A stretch of DNA of 64,000 bases from an uncultured virus (IMG/VR IMGVR_UViG_3300034107_000607) (taxonomy: Duplodnaviria > Heunggongvirae > Uroviricota > Caudoviricetes): IMG/VR virus record IMGVR_UViG_3300034107_000607; one strand, written 5' to 3'. The notes beneath the pieces were generated by a model. The model did not search any database. It had not been told where the DNA came from and saw only the letters and a program-made list of their open reading frames with translations. The first letter of the stretch is position 1; each line of letters opens with the position of its first letter. Positions 47,134 to 56,296 of the stretch are shown one piece after another. Position numbers and translations under genes: made by a program.

Positions 47134-48118
47134 TGCTTGGCATCCACAAGTAAATGGTGTTGTGACTACACTTTCTAATCTAGTTAAACAAGCTCGGGAG
47201 CATGGAGATATTGTTTATGTATATCACCCAAAAAGATGCAAGATTAGATTTTCACTTTGGTTTTATCCAGAGATTGAAATTGGAATTCCAAATCCGTTTC
47301 AAATCAGAAAATTATTAAAGAAACAAAAGTGGGATCACATACATATTGCAACACCAGAAGGTACTCTTGGTATTGCATTTTCACGAACTTGCCGTAGATT
47401 AAAAATACCATTCTCCACATCGTGTCATACAAAATTTCCAGAATTTATTAATGCAAAATGGAACTTCATTTCAGTAGAACTTGGTTGGAAATGGATGAAG
47501 CATGTATATAATGGGACAACAACTATTTTGACAACTACAGATAGTATGGTTCAAGAGCTAAAAGATAAAGGTTTTACTCAAGATATTCAGTCATGGACTC
47601 GTGGTGTTGACCGATCAATTTTTTATCCAGAAGAACAAGATAAAAATAGAAATATTACATTGCTGTGTGTCAGTCGAGTAAGTCCAGAAAAAGGTCTTGA
47701 TGATTTTTGTTCTATAAAAATACCAAATGCTCAGAAAATACTAGTAGGTGATGGTCCTTATCTACAAACACTGAAAAAGAAGTATCCAGATGTTCTTTGT
47801 GCTGGTAAAAAGACCGGGAAAGAACTTGGTGACTATTATCGAAAAGCGACCGTGTTTGTGTTTCCTTCAAAAACTGACACATTCGGAGTTGTAAATATTG
47901 AAGCACTTGCCTGCGGTACTCCTGTTGCTGCATATCCAGTTACAGGCCCTAAAGATATCATAGAAGAGGGTGTGAATGGTTACTTATCAGATGATTTATC
48001 TGAAGCGGTACAAAAATGCCTTGACTTAAATAGAGAATCGGTTTATATTAGTTCTAAGAAATGGACGTGGGAGAATTGTTATAAGCAATTCTCAGATATA
48101 TTATTGAAAGCGAGATAA
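47108..48118 (+). CDS. GT4 glycosyltransferase (Agt-like)
   Basis: TDAWHPQVNGVVTTL, HIATPEG, WTRGVD, FPSKTDTFG, EALACGTPVAAYPV. Confidence 0.88.
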   Translation: MSKILLITDAWHPQVNGVVTTLSNLVKQAREHGDIVYVYHPKRCKIRFSLWFYPEIEIGIPNPFQIRKLLKKQKWDHIHIATPEGTLGIAFSRTCRRLKIPFSTSCHTKFPEFINAKWNFISVELGWKWMKHVYNGTTTILTTTDSMVQELKDKGFTQDIQSWTRGVDRSIFYPEEQDKNRNITLLCVSRVSPEKGLDDFCSIKIPNAQKILVGDGPYLQTLKKKYPDVLCAGKKTGKELGDYYRKATVFVFPSKTDTFGVVNIEALACGTPVAAYPVTGPKDIIEEGVNGYLSDDLSEAVQKCLDLNRESVYISSKKWTWENCYKQFSDILLKAR

Positions 48119-48559
48119 ATGCAGATTGAATATATAAAAGGTGACCTGCTTGAAACAAATATCAAGCATATTATTCATGGTTGTAATAGTCATGGTGTGA
48201 TGAGGTCTGGTGTTGCTTATGTACTTCGAGATAAATATCCATCTGCATTTCAAGACTACAATGACTCGTATAATAGTTATGGTCTTGAACTTGGTGCAAT
48301 CGTCGTATCTGTTCAGGAAGATGGAAATGTAATTCACAATGCAATTACCCAGAAAGATTATGGACGTGATCCATCACGTGTTTATGTTTCATATTGGGCA
48401 ATTGCAGAAGTATTCCGTAAAATTAATCAATGGGGTATTAAAGAGATTGCAATGCCAAAAATCGGTGCAGGTCTTGCCAACGGAGATTGGAATGTTATTT
48501 CCGCTATCATTGAGAATACTCTTATTGATACCAAACCTTTTGTCTATGTACTAGAGTAA
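48119..48559 (+). CDS. Macro domain protein
   Basis: KGDL, IIHGCN, IAMPKIGAGLANGDW. Confidence 0.88.
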   Translation: MQIEYIKGDLLETNIKHIIHGCNSHGVMRSGVAYVLRDKYPSAFQDYNDSYNSYGLELGAIVVSVQEDGNVIHNAITQKDYGRDPSRVYVSYWAIAEVFRKINQWGIKEIAMPKIGAGLANGDWNVISAIIENTLIDTKPFVYVLE

Positions 48560-48562
48560 AAA

Positions 48563-48844
48563 ATGGTCAAAGTTCTTATTTACGGCTCAAAAGAAATTTA
48601 TGATAATGCACCTTTTGATGGTCAGGCAGAAGCAGATGTAATTGCATATAGAAAAAATGAAGCTTATGTAATACTTAAGAATCGTACATTTCAATATATG
48701 GCAAAAGAGATTGTTTATTTTACAATGAATAGAATTTTGGAATGGGTAGAACTAGATGAATGGAAACGTGATCTTGCAAGACATAAATTGACTGAAAGTT
48801 ACAAAGATCACCCCTACACGAGGTTAATGAAAAATGATGTATAG
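48563..48844 (+). CDS. Hypothetical protein
   Basis: ORF track. Confidence 0.55.
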   Translation: MVKVLIYGSKEIYDNAPFDGQAEADVIAYRKNEAYVILKNRTFQYMAKEIVYFTMNRILEWVELDEWKRDLARHKLTESYKDHPYTRLMKNDV

Positions 48845-48972
48845 TGTGTGCTACATTGAACAAGATACAAATGGTCTTTGGTATATCACGTGGCCTGATT
48901 GTACACGTGCATGGGGCCAAGGTTATAAAACCAGTGCATGGGCAAAAAGAACTTTAAATTGGTTGAAAATGA

Positions 48973-49476
48973 ATGGTTGATTACGTAATTGGAACGGAAA
49001 ATTTTAGAAAGAATTTAGATGATTGGTTATTTAAAAATGATCAATCGAATGCAAATTTTCTCTTTATAAACAGAAATAAGATTCCAGCCCCATTTAGATC
49101 ATACAGACAAAAACTATACAGAGGTATGTATATTGACGATGTAGCACTAGAAAAGATAGAAAAATCTGGTTCTATGTTACTAGATAAGCACACATCTTGG
49201 TCTAAAGATGAAAAGATAGCAACTAAATTTGTTACAGATGAAAGTTTTTCTCTTGGAAGAACAAATATAGAAAAGAAAAAGATCTTGATAGGTAAAGTCA
49301 TAGCACAATCAAGCCAAATTATAGATATAGATTCATTTGTTCTTTTCATGGGAATACAACAAATGATGATGCTTGGGTATGATGAAACAAACTTAGACAG
49401 TGCATCGAAAGAAAAAGAAGTGTTAGTCTCTAAAGGTACCCGAATATCAAAAAGTGATATTAAAATACTAAAATAA
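48973..49476 (+). CDS. Putative ADP-ribosyltransferase-fold protein
   Basis: LYRG, TSWS, EKEVLV (R-S-E pattern). Confidence 0.55.
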   Translation: MVDYVIGTENFRKNLDDWLFKNDQSNANFLFINRNKIPAPFRSYRQKLYRGMYIDDVALEKIEKSGSMLLDKHTSWSKDEKIATKFVTDESFSLGRTNIEKKKILIGKVIAQSSQIIDIDSFVLFMGIQQMMMLGYDETNLDSASKEKEVLVSKGTRISKSDIKILK

Positions 49477-49544
49477 AAGAAAATTGTTGACATTTACTTG
49501 CAGTTAGTTTATACTGATTCTATAAGGTAAACAAGAGAGCAGAA

Positions 49545-50102
49545 ATGAAAATCATCACGAAGATCATGATCGGTGTTAATATTGCAGCTATTGCAACTGC
49601 GAGTTCTATGTATTACACAAAAGTTTCCGAAGACATATTTAGCGCTAATCAAACTCAGTTAATTATAGCTGAAGTTTCTATGCATCTTAGAAATGCAAAA
49701 CAAGTTGATTGTCTTGCAAAAAATATCTACCACGAAGCTCGTAATGACGGTATGACAGGTCAACGTGCCGTTGCTTGGGCAACAATGAATCGCACCAAAA
49801 GTGAAAAATATCCTGACACTATCTGTGATGTAGTTTATCAGGCAGAATTGAATGATAACGGTATCCCGTTGAAGAACAAGTGCCAGTTTAGCTGGTTCTG
49901 TGACGGGAAGTCTGATGATATTACAGATCAGGCAGCATGGAATGTTTCCGCAAAGATCGCGGAAGAGGTTTTTGCCGCATACGGGGATGAGATTGATCCT
50001 ACCAATGGCGCGATCATGTATCATGCCAACTACGTGGAACCATTCTGGGTTTCCAGCTATACTGAAACTGCGCGAATTGACTCGCACATCTTTTATAATT
50101 GA
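49545..50102 (+). CDS. SleB-like cell wall hydrolase
   Basis: CLAKNIYHEAR, YPDTICDVVYQ, CQFSW, YHA, HIFY. Confidence 0.92.
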   Translation: MKIITKIMIGVNIAAIATASSMYYTKVSEDIFSANQTQLIIAEVSMHLRNAKQVDCLAKNIYHEARNDGMTGQRAVAWATMNRTKSEKYPDTICDVVYQAELNDNGIPLKNKCQFSWFCDGKSDDITDQAAWNVSAKIAEEVFAAYGDEIDPTNGAIMYHANYVEPFWVSSYTETARIDSHIFYN

Positions 50103-50111
50103 GGAAATAAA

Positions 50112-50327
50112 ATGCAATATAATATTCAACCAATTGAGACTGCACCAAAGGATGGAACTTATATTCTTGGTATAGTTAAGATAAATGATACGGTTTTGTC
50201 TAGAACTACAAAATGGGTCGATACAAAACCCGGCAAGTATAATCAAGATGGCGGATACTGGACATGTCCAAACACGAAAGCAGTTATCGGACCGTTTACA
50301 CATTGGATGAAAAATCCAGAACTATGA
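50112..50327 (+). CDS. Hypothetical protein (DUF551-like)
   Basis: QPIETAPKDGT...THWM. Confidence 0.7.
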   Translation: MQYNIQPIETAPKDGTYILGIVKINDTVLSRTTKWVDTKPGKYNQDGGYWTCPNTKAVIGPFTHWMKNPEL

Positions 50328-50397
50328 ACAAAGGAACTTACATGATCCGTTACAGAAAGTTTTATGAAGACTTCTAGGCTTAACCTAGGAGGAATAA

Positions 50398-50610
50398 ATG
50401 GCAAAATCACCGGTTTACGGCAGAGGTCGTAATCGCAAACATAATAAAGGCCCTTTTCACGCAGCTGCTGCAAATATTAATATGAAAGGTAAGAAAAGCA
50501 AGTCCGATAATTGCTGGTGCTGTATCTGTATTGATATGCGTGAAGATATTCAAACAAAAGAACATCGTAAAGAAATTAGAGAGTATATGCAATGCAACGG
50601 AAATATCTAA
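50398..50610 (+). CDS. Small basic Cys-containing protein
   Basis: Strong RBS AGGAGG. Confidence 0.65.
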   Translation: MAKSPVYGRGRNRKHNKGPFHAAAANINMKGKKSKSDNCWCCICIDMREDIQTKEHRKEIREYMQCNGNI

Positions 50611-50670
50611 TCTTTCTTGACATCGACGGTGTATTTACGTCGAATCGGGTTCACTATGCACACAATGCAA
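50592..50670 (+). pseudogene. Orphaned 5' fragment of the HAD gene
   Basis: MQRKYLIFLDIDGVFTSNRVH is paralogous to the N-terminus of 51707-52222. Confidence 0.75.
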
Positions 50671-50676
50671 TGAAAT

Positions 50677-51612
50677 CTATTCATATTCATTCTTTATTGA
50701 TTCTATTTTATTGTCTATCCATTCATCATTTCTTCTATTCCAATTTCTGCCAAGACTGATTTTGTATTTTTTGGACAATGTTTTCAGTTCTTCAACGTTC
50801 TTTCTTAAAAGCATTTTATTTCTGTGATCTGAAATTTTTTCTATTATCTCAGGCGATTTAAATGGATTATCTGCTCCATATTTTTCTATGTTAGTTTTTT
50901 CTGCTTTTTCCTTGTTTACATACGAAGAGTTACCATACTTTTCTAATTTTGTTTTCTTTGACTTTTCGGTATTATTATAGGTAGGACTGCCATATTTCTC
51001 CAGTTTTGTCAATTTTGACTTTTCATGATTTACAAAAACGGGGTTGCCATACTTTTCTAACTTAGATATAAACATACGATCCTTAATCATATCGTTTTGC
51101 ATTGGATGTTGAACACCGTATCTATCTAGAGAAGTTTCTAAAAATTTATCTCTGTATTCTTCTGTTTTTGAATAATGATCAACACCATATCTTTGCAACA
51201 CCGTATTCTTCTTTCTCATTTGTATTTCTTCGGAATAAATAGGATGAGTTACGCCGTAATAACTTAGCATCATATCTTCATATCTTTTTGTATTGAAACT
51301 AATCAGATGATCATTATTATGACCATTATAAAATTTTGGATGGTTCCTTGCATCTACTTTTACTAAAAACCTAGTTTCATAGTTTTGAGCTTTTTCTGCT
51401 GTTTCAAATGTTCTTATTTTTCGGATGATAAAATTTTCAAATCCATGTTTTCTAATAAGTTTTTTGATGGTTTCCGATGAAGTCTCGTATCCGCCTTCTT
51501 TCAAAAGCTGACCTGGATGACATCCTTGTGCCCATTTAGCACCAGCGTAATACATACCAGTAGAAACTTCTTGAATGATGTAGAAATAAGGGATATAAAT
51601 ACCATTTGTCAT
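50677..51612 (-). mobile_element. GIY-YIG-like homing endonuclease with T-x-LEKYG repeats
   Basis: YFYII..GMYYAG, YETSS; repeated (K/R)YG units; own late promoter at 51683-51690. Confidence 0.75.
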
Positions 51613-51706
51613 GGCTGTGTTCCTTTCCTGTAAAGTGTTCAAACATAGAGTCAGTGGGACGGCAATCCGCGACTGACACTTCTATTTATAATGAAAAGGA
51701 TTTGAG

Positions 51707-52222
51707 ATGAGAAAATATTTGTGCTTCCTTGATATTGATGGAGTCCTCACATCACAGAGAGTGCATAAGACCTATCAAGGCGAATATGGAATGTGGTGTC
51801 AATTCGATCCCATAGCAGTTCAATTTTTTAATTGGATCCATGACACATATCCAGTTGAGTTTGTTCTCATGTCGACTTGGAAAAATGGACTTCGGAATGA
51901 TGATCAAATGACGGAACATTGGGTTCGGTCAGCATTTGCAAATTCTGGGTTCCGGGGCGAGTTTGCAAGTCCTTGGAAAACAGACCCTGATAATTTTGCG
52001 CCAGTAAAAAAGTGGGATCGAGGTAATGAAGTCAAAGATTACCTCGAAACATACGCTACTGATGTAGACGATTTTGTTCTGTTCGATGATAATCGGTATC
52101 GGTTTAATGAAATCCTTGGTAAGAGGCGGCTTGTTCAGACTGATGCAGATAATGGATTATTGCATAAACACATGCTTAACGCTGTTAGTCTGATGGGTAC
52201 TTGGGAGAAAAAGAATGTTTGA
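51707..52222 (+). CDS. HAD-domain protein (RNA-repair-associated type)
   Basis: FLDIDGVL, STW, RGNEV, FVLFDD, GL. Confidence 0.75.
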   Translation: MRKYLCFLDIDGVLTSQRVHKTYQGEYGMWCQFDPIAVQFFNWIHDTYPVEFVLMSTWKNGLRNDDQMTEHWVRSAFANSGFRGEFASPWKTDPDNFAPVKKWDRGNEVKDYLETYATDVDDFVLFDDNRYRFNEILGKRRLVQTDADNGLLHKHMLNAVSLMGTWEKKNV

Positions 52223-52415
52223 AATTACAAAGTTATCTGAGACTTGTTATCTATGTGAAGATGTAGGTCTTGCTATTATAAATTCAGTCGATTCATTAAA
52301 TTGGTTTGTTATTGACAAAGGCAATGATAACAAGCCGAGCAAAGTTGTTTTTGGGCCATCAGTATTTGAGCAGTGCCGCGTTTTTGTCGAAACAGTATTT
52401 TTAGGAGAAACGTAA
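52215..52415 (+). CDS. Hypothetical protein
   Basis: ORF track. Confidence 0.55.
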   Translation: MFEITKLSETCYLCEDVGLAIINSVDSLNWFVIDKGNDNKPSKVVFGPSVFEQCRVFVETVFLGET

Positions 52416-52607
52416 ATGAGTATATTCTGGTGGATTATTCTTGCTTATCTTGTATGGGCCGCGGCAGGAGTTTGTCGAGTTATAAGCCTTTTGGGTCACA
52501 AAAATCACAAAGATACATTACTAGACAAAATACTAATATCTGGTGTAATGCCGATAGCATACATTATGGGTGCAATCACATTTATTAAACATAAGGTTAG
52601 CAAATGA
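52416..52607 (+). CDS. Hypothetical membrane protein
   Basis: Two hydrophobic segments, GGAG RBS. Confidence 0.55.
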   Translation: MSIFWWIILAYLVWAAAGVCRVISLLGHKNHKDTLLDKILISGVMPIAYIMGAITFIKHKVSK

Positions 52608-52798
52608 ACTACGATAGAGAGTTTGAAGAATTTTTTGCAAGAAATACAAGGAAGATGGTTGATGCCGTTTTGTATCCAAAGCATTACGAGAATGAAAAGA
52701 AAATGATGAAGCTCGCATGGGATACTGCCCTTAAATTGAAAGACAGAGAGTATTCCATGCCGGAAGCAGGATCCGGTATTTGGATGAGGAAAGACTGA
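52604..52798 (+). CDS. Hypothetical protein
   Basis: ORF track. Confidence 0.55.
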   Translation: MNYDREFEEFFARNTRKMVDAVLYPKHYENEKKMMKLAWDTALKLKDREYSMPEAGSGIWMRKD

Positions 52799-53365
52799 AT
52801 GGCTAAACTCACCTTCATCTTTTCATCAATGAACTCCGGCAAGACACTCGCCCTTCTCACCAAAAACTTTATGTTAAAGGAGAAGGGCTATCGTACATTG
52901 CTAATTAAACCTGCAGTCGATGATAGAACAACAACTATATCAAGTCGTATTGGTCTTGAAGCAGAATGTATAATGGTAGATGATAAATATCCAATACTCA
53001 GTCAAATATATGAAAAGACTAGTCTATCAGAATATTGCAATATAGATTATATTTTAGTAGACGAAGCACAATTTCTCACAAAAAAACAAGTCTGGGATTT
53101 ATCCGATCTCGTTGATTACCATGATGTAAATATCATCTGCTATGGTCTAAAACTTACTTGGAAAGGTGAGTTTTTTGATGGTAGTAAAGTGTTGATGGAA
53201 ATAGCAGATGAACTTCAACAGATGGATTCGTTCTGCAAAGAAACAGGAAACCCTGCTCTGTTTCATCATAAATTAGGCGGATCTGATAATGCAGTAGAGA
53301 CTGGTTATGAAGACTTGTATAAGACGGTATCGCGCCGCATTTGGAAGGAGAAGAATAGAAAATAA
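52799..53365 (+). CDS. tk: Thymidine kinase
   Basis: SMNSGKT, ISSRIG, LVDEAQF, CYGL. Confidence 0.93.
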   Translation: MAKLTFIFSSMNSGKTLALLTKNFMLKEKGYRTLLIKPAVDDRTTTISSRIGLEAECIMVDDKYPILSQIYEKTSLSEYCNIDYILVDEAQFLTKKQVWDLSDLVDYHDVNIICYGLKLTWKGEFFDGSKVLMEIADELQQMDSFCKETGNPALFHHKLGGSDNAVETGYEDLYKTVSRRIWKEKNRK

Positions 53366-53619
53366 TGTCACTAAGATTAGATTTTAGGTTCCTAGACAAA
53401 GACGGTAAGTTTGTATCCGAAGGAACCATTTCATCATCAAACTATACAGATGATTTACAAAATTTGAACTTTCTTCATAAAAAGTTGAAAGAACATTTGA
53501 CTCATCCTATGGTTATTCATAGAACAGCAATAAAATATGCAGTACCAGTCGATGTTAAATCATATATGTTTGATACCGATACGTTTGAACTTTTACCAAA
53601 TAGGTTTGAAAAGAAATGA
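53365..53619 (+). CDS. Hypothetical protein
   Basis: ORF track. Confidence 0.55.
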   Translation: MSLRLDFRFLDKDGKFVSEGTISSSNYTDDLQNLNFLHKKLKEHLTHPMVIHRTAIKYAVPVDVKSYMFDTDTFELLPNRFEKK

Positions 53620-53960
53620 AACAAATTATTGTAATGAGAAAAGACCTGAATATGCGTTTGGGAAAACAAATAGCACAAGGTGCTCATGCAAGCATGAAAG
53701 CTACGCTTGAAAATCTTGAACATCCGAACGTGAAGGAATGGCTATCAGGTCCATTCACCAAAATTGCCGTTTCGGTAAATTCAGAAGAAGAACTATTTGA
53801 AATTATGAATAAAGCTAAAGAAGCAGGTCTTATTACTGCACTCATCACTGATGCAGGAAGAACCGAATTTAATAATGTGCCGACGAATACTTGCATCGCA
53901 GTAGGTCCTGCCTCTCATGAGGAACTACTTCCTATTACTGGTTCTCTGAAACTACTATAG
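53616..53960 (+). CDS. Peptidyl-tRNA hydrolase Pth2
   Basis: RKDLNM, GKQIAQGAHA, DAGRTEF, TCIAVGP, TGSLKLL. Confidence 0.93.
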   Translation: MKQIIVMRKDLNMRLGKQIAQGAHASMKATLENLEHPNVKEWLSGPFTKIAVSVNSEEELFEIMNKAKEAGLITALITDAGRTEFNNVPTNTCIAVGPASHEELLPITGSLKLL

Positions 53961-53978
53961 AATCAGTACTCTTTTATA

Positions 53979-54023
53979 TTATGGATGATAATCCAATTAT
54001 ACCACGTGTTAAGATAATGTCAA
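53979..54023 (-). promoter_or_regulatory. Sigma70-type promoter plus hairpin, antisense to pth2
   Basis: TTGACA-N16-TATAAT-TGGATTATCATCCATAA; twin of 25588-25632. Confidence 0.65.
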
Positions 54024-54108
54024 CCATTAATGTCGTTATAAAGAGACTTTTGTTGGTTGACATTTGCTTTCAAATAGTATATACTGATTCTATAAGGTAG
54101 AGGAACAG

Positions 54109-54372
54109 ATGACAATCAATAGCAACGGTTACATCGCAGTTGACAAACCCGAAGTCAAACGTACAAGACAAGAGTCAATGGACTTGTTTGATTCATTTTC
54201 TCCTGAAATCCGAGCAATCCTTCGAGATGCAAACTACAACGTGTCAATCAAACCAGGGCATGAGAAATTGTTTCGACAAGGTATGTGGTTGAAAGAAACA
54301 CTTCACCGAATTTCTCGTGAATCTGCAATGAAAACCTACGGATCAAACTATCCTTTGGAGACTGTAAAATAA
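54109..54372 (+). CDS. Hypothetical protein
   Basis: Follows class 1 promoter. Confidence 0.7.
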   Translation: MTINSNGYIAVDKPEVKRTRQESMDLFDSFSPEIRAILRDANYNVSIKPGHEKLFRQGMWLKETLHRISRESAMKTYGSNYPLETVK

Positions 54373-54608
54373 TGAAAATTGAACATATAGTTTGGGAAGA
54401 TTGGAACTACACCGACAAGAAAGTGTTTGGTATTCTTGAGATTGAAGTCCATTGGCATGGCGGCGGGACTGATAAGTTTATCATGGAAGGCACCTATAGC
54501 AATAAAGATCGTGGACTATTTACTAATCGTATCATGGGAACATTGAGTTCTGATACAGAGGGTGTAAGCAATGTCAGTCTCCTTCGCATTGGAACGATTG
54601 CAGAATAA
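54372..54608 (+). CDS. Hypothetical protein
   Basis: ORF track. Confidence 0.6.
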   Translation: MKIEHIVWEDWNYTDKKVFGILEIEVHWHGGGTDKFIMEGTYSNKDRGLFTNRIMGTLSSDTEGVSNVSLLRIGTIAE

Positions 54609-54669
54609 TTGTTGACAAATGCTTTCAAATAGTTTATACTGATTCTATAAGGTATAAAGGAATATCGAC

Positions 54670-54987
54670 ATGAGCACTGGAAAATACTCACCTCTTTGCC
54701 CTCACGCTAATGAACCTGGATATGATATGTTCAAGTTCAACTGCTATGGGGAAGTCCCGACCGAGTGGAACAAAGACTCGTATAACGAAAAAACAATGTA
54801 TGACAACTACGACGACGAAGGATTTGACTCTTACGGATACTCCTGCTTTGATGCCGATGGTGAATATGTCGGCTGCGGCGACGGTGTCGACCGCTATGGA
54901 TACACTGAAATGGACTATCTTACTGGTGGTGACTTGTATTATGATGGGGCTTTCACTCGCATGACTTCGTTTGTTCGTAATCGCTGA
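54670..54987 (+). CDS. Acidic hypothetical protein with (F/Y)DxxGY repeats
   Basis: Follows class 1 promoter. Confidence 0.7.
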   Translation: MSTGKYSPLCPHANEPGYDMFKFNCYGEVPTEWNKDSYNEKTMYDNYDDEGFDSYGYSCFDADGEYVGCGDGVDRYGYTEMDYLTGGDLYYDGAFTRMTSFVRNR

Positions 54988-55002
54988 TAGAGGAAATATA
55001 AA

Positions 55003-55392
55003 ATGAGCCGCAAGAACGAAAACGGTATCTATGTGAACTATGACAAAATCAACTGTGATCGGTACAGTTTTGAAACTACCGCCGATGGTGTGAAAGCATA
55101 TATCGACTCAGTAGTTGAAGCTGCAAATGCCAAAGGTATGGTCGGTGAAGGCCGCTTTGATTTTGAAAGCTGCGCCATCTATTATAGTAATGATTATGAG
55201 TTGGTTATCACTTACGAATTTGAGCGTGTTGAAACCGAAAAGGAAACCTTTGCTCGTGAAAATGCTGAAGCCAAACGCAAAGAGGCTGCCTCTGCCAAAC
55301 GTAAAGCTACTGCTGAAGCTAAGAAGTTGAAGGCTGACGCTGAATATGCTGAGTTCTTGCGGTTGAAAGAAAAGTTCAAGGAGTTGATCTAA
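55003..55392 (+). CDS. Hypothetical protein
   Basis: RBS GAGG; C-terminal EYAEFLRLKEKF. Confidence 0.7.
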   Translation: MSRKNENGIYVNYDKINCDRYSFETTADGVKAYIDSVVEAANAKGMVGEGRFDFESCAIYYSNDYELVITYEFERVETEKETFARENAEAKRKEAASAKRKATAEAKKLKADAEYAEFLRLKEKFKELI

Positions 55393-55610
55393 TGCCTGAT
55401 ATTCTACAAGATCTTTCTAGTGCCGTTGCTGAGATCGAGGGCGGCATCCGTAACACGATGTCTGGCGCCGAACTTTATCTTTTACTGTCACGAGCAGTCG
55501 GTGAAATTAAACGCCTTCGTGAAAGCAACAGCGATATGGGGTGGCAAATAAATCCTGATCGCTCGGGCGGCCAATTTACGGAAGAAGAACTAAATCGTGG
55601 AGAATGGTAA
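55392..55610 (+). CDS. Hypothetical protein
   Basis: WQINPDRSGGQFT motif. Confidence 0.65.
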   Translation: MPDILQDLSSAVAEIEGGIRNTMSGAELYLLLSRAVGEIKRLRESNSDMGWQINPDRSGGQFTEEELNRGEW

Positions 55611-55807
55611 TGGATAGTAAAATTATTGAGCGGTTGAAAAAGTTTGCCCGCAAAGAATGCTACTATGACGTAGAAGATGAAGACAAGTGTATTAATGACT
55701 ATGCTGGTGGAAATGTAGATGACGCATTCGAACAAGGCGAACATGCTGGCGAAGTGATGTTGGCTCGTGATATTCTTCATCATATGGGCATTTCGTGGTG
55801 TAAATAA
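55604..55807 (+). CDS. Hypothetical protein
   Basis: ORF track. Confidence 0.6.
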   Translation: MVMDSKIIERLKKFARKECYYDVEDEDKCINDYAGGNVDDAFEQGEHAGEVMLARDILHHMGISWCK

Positions 55808-55831
55808 ATAATTCTTTTGTAGGAGGAAGTT

Positions 55832-55993
55832 ATGAAGACTAAACAAGTAAAACTCAAAAAAGAACGAAATCCTTTCGTTCAGCACCTTATTGGTAAAAAG
55901 CAGGGTGCACACGGCAGAACCAAGAAAGCCGTCCGTCGTGATGAAAAAGCCCAACTTCGTAAAGAATGTTTTGGTCAAGTGGTCATTATTTGA
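55832..55993 (+). CDS. Small basic protein (53 aa) with a long hairpin over its 3' end
   Basis: AGGAGG RBS; MKTKQVKLKKERNPFVQHLIGKKQGAHGRTKKAVRR... Confidence 0.7.
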   Translation: MKTKQVKLKKERNPFVQHLIGKKQGAHGRTKKAVRRDEKAQLRKECFGQVVII

Positions 55994-56073
55994 CTATTTT
56001 ACCAAAACATTCTGGTTGACATATCATACGGAATGGTTTATACTGATTCTATGAAATGGAAAGGAACTAAATT

Positions 56074-56286
56074 ATGACTACATTGAATGGCGGATTCTCC
56101 ACATCTCGCGGAGATGCTCTTCCTCCTGAAGATCGTGCTCTAATTAACGAATTTATCCGTACCAAAGGTGTTCACACTATCGAACCAGCTGGTGCTGATG
56201 CCAATGAGGCAGCAAGCGGAAGTCGAGAGCGCCTTGCGCAGGCTCGCAGTGACTTTCGTAATACACAGAAAAATAAAAACAAGTAA
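56074..56286 (+). CDS. Hypothetical protein
   Basis: Follows class 1 promoter. Confidence 0.7.
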   Translation: MTTLNGGFSTSRGDALPPEDRALINEFIRTKGVHTIEPAGADANEAASGSRERLAQARSDFRNTQKNKNK

Positions 56287-56296
56287 GAGAACCTGA

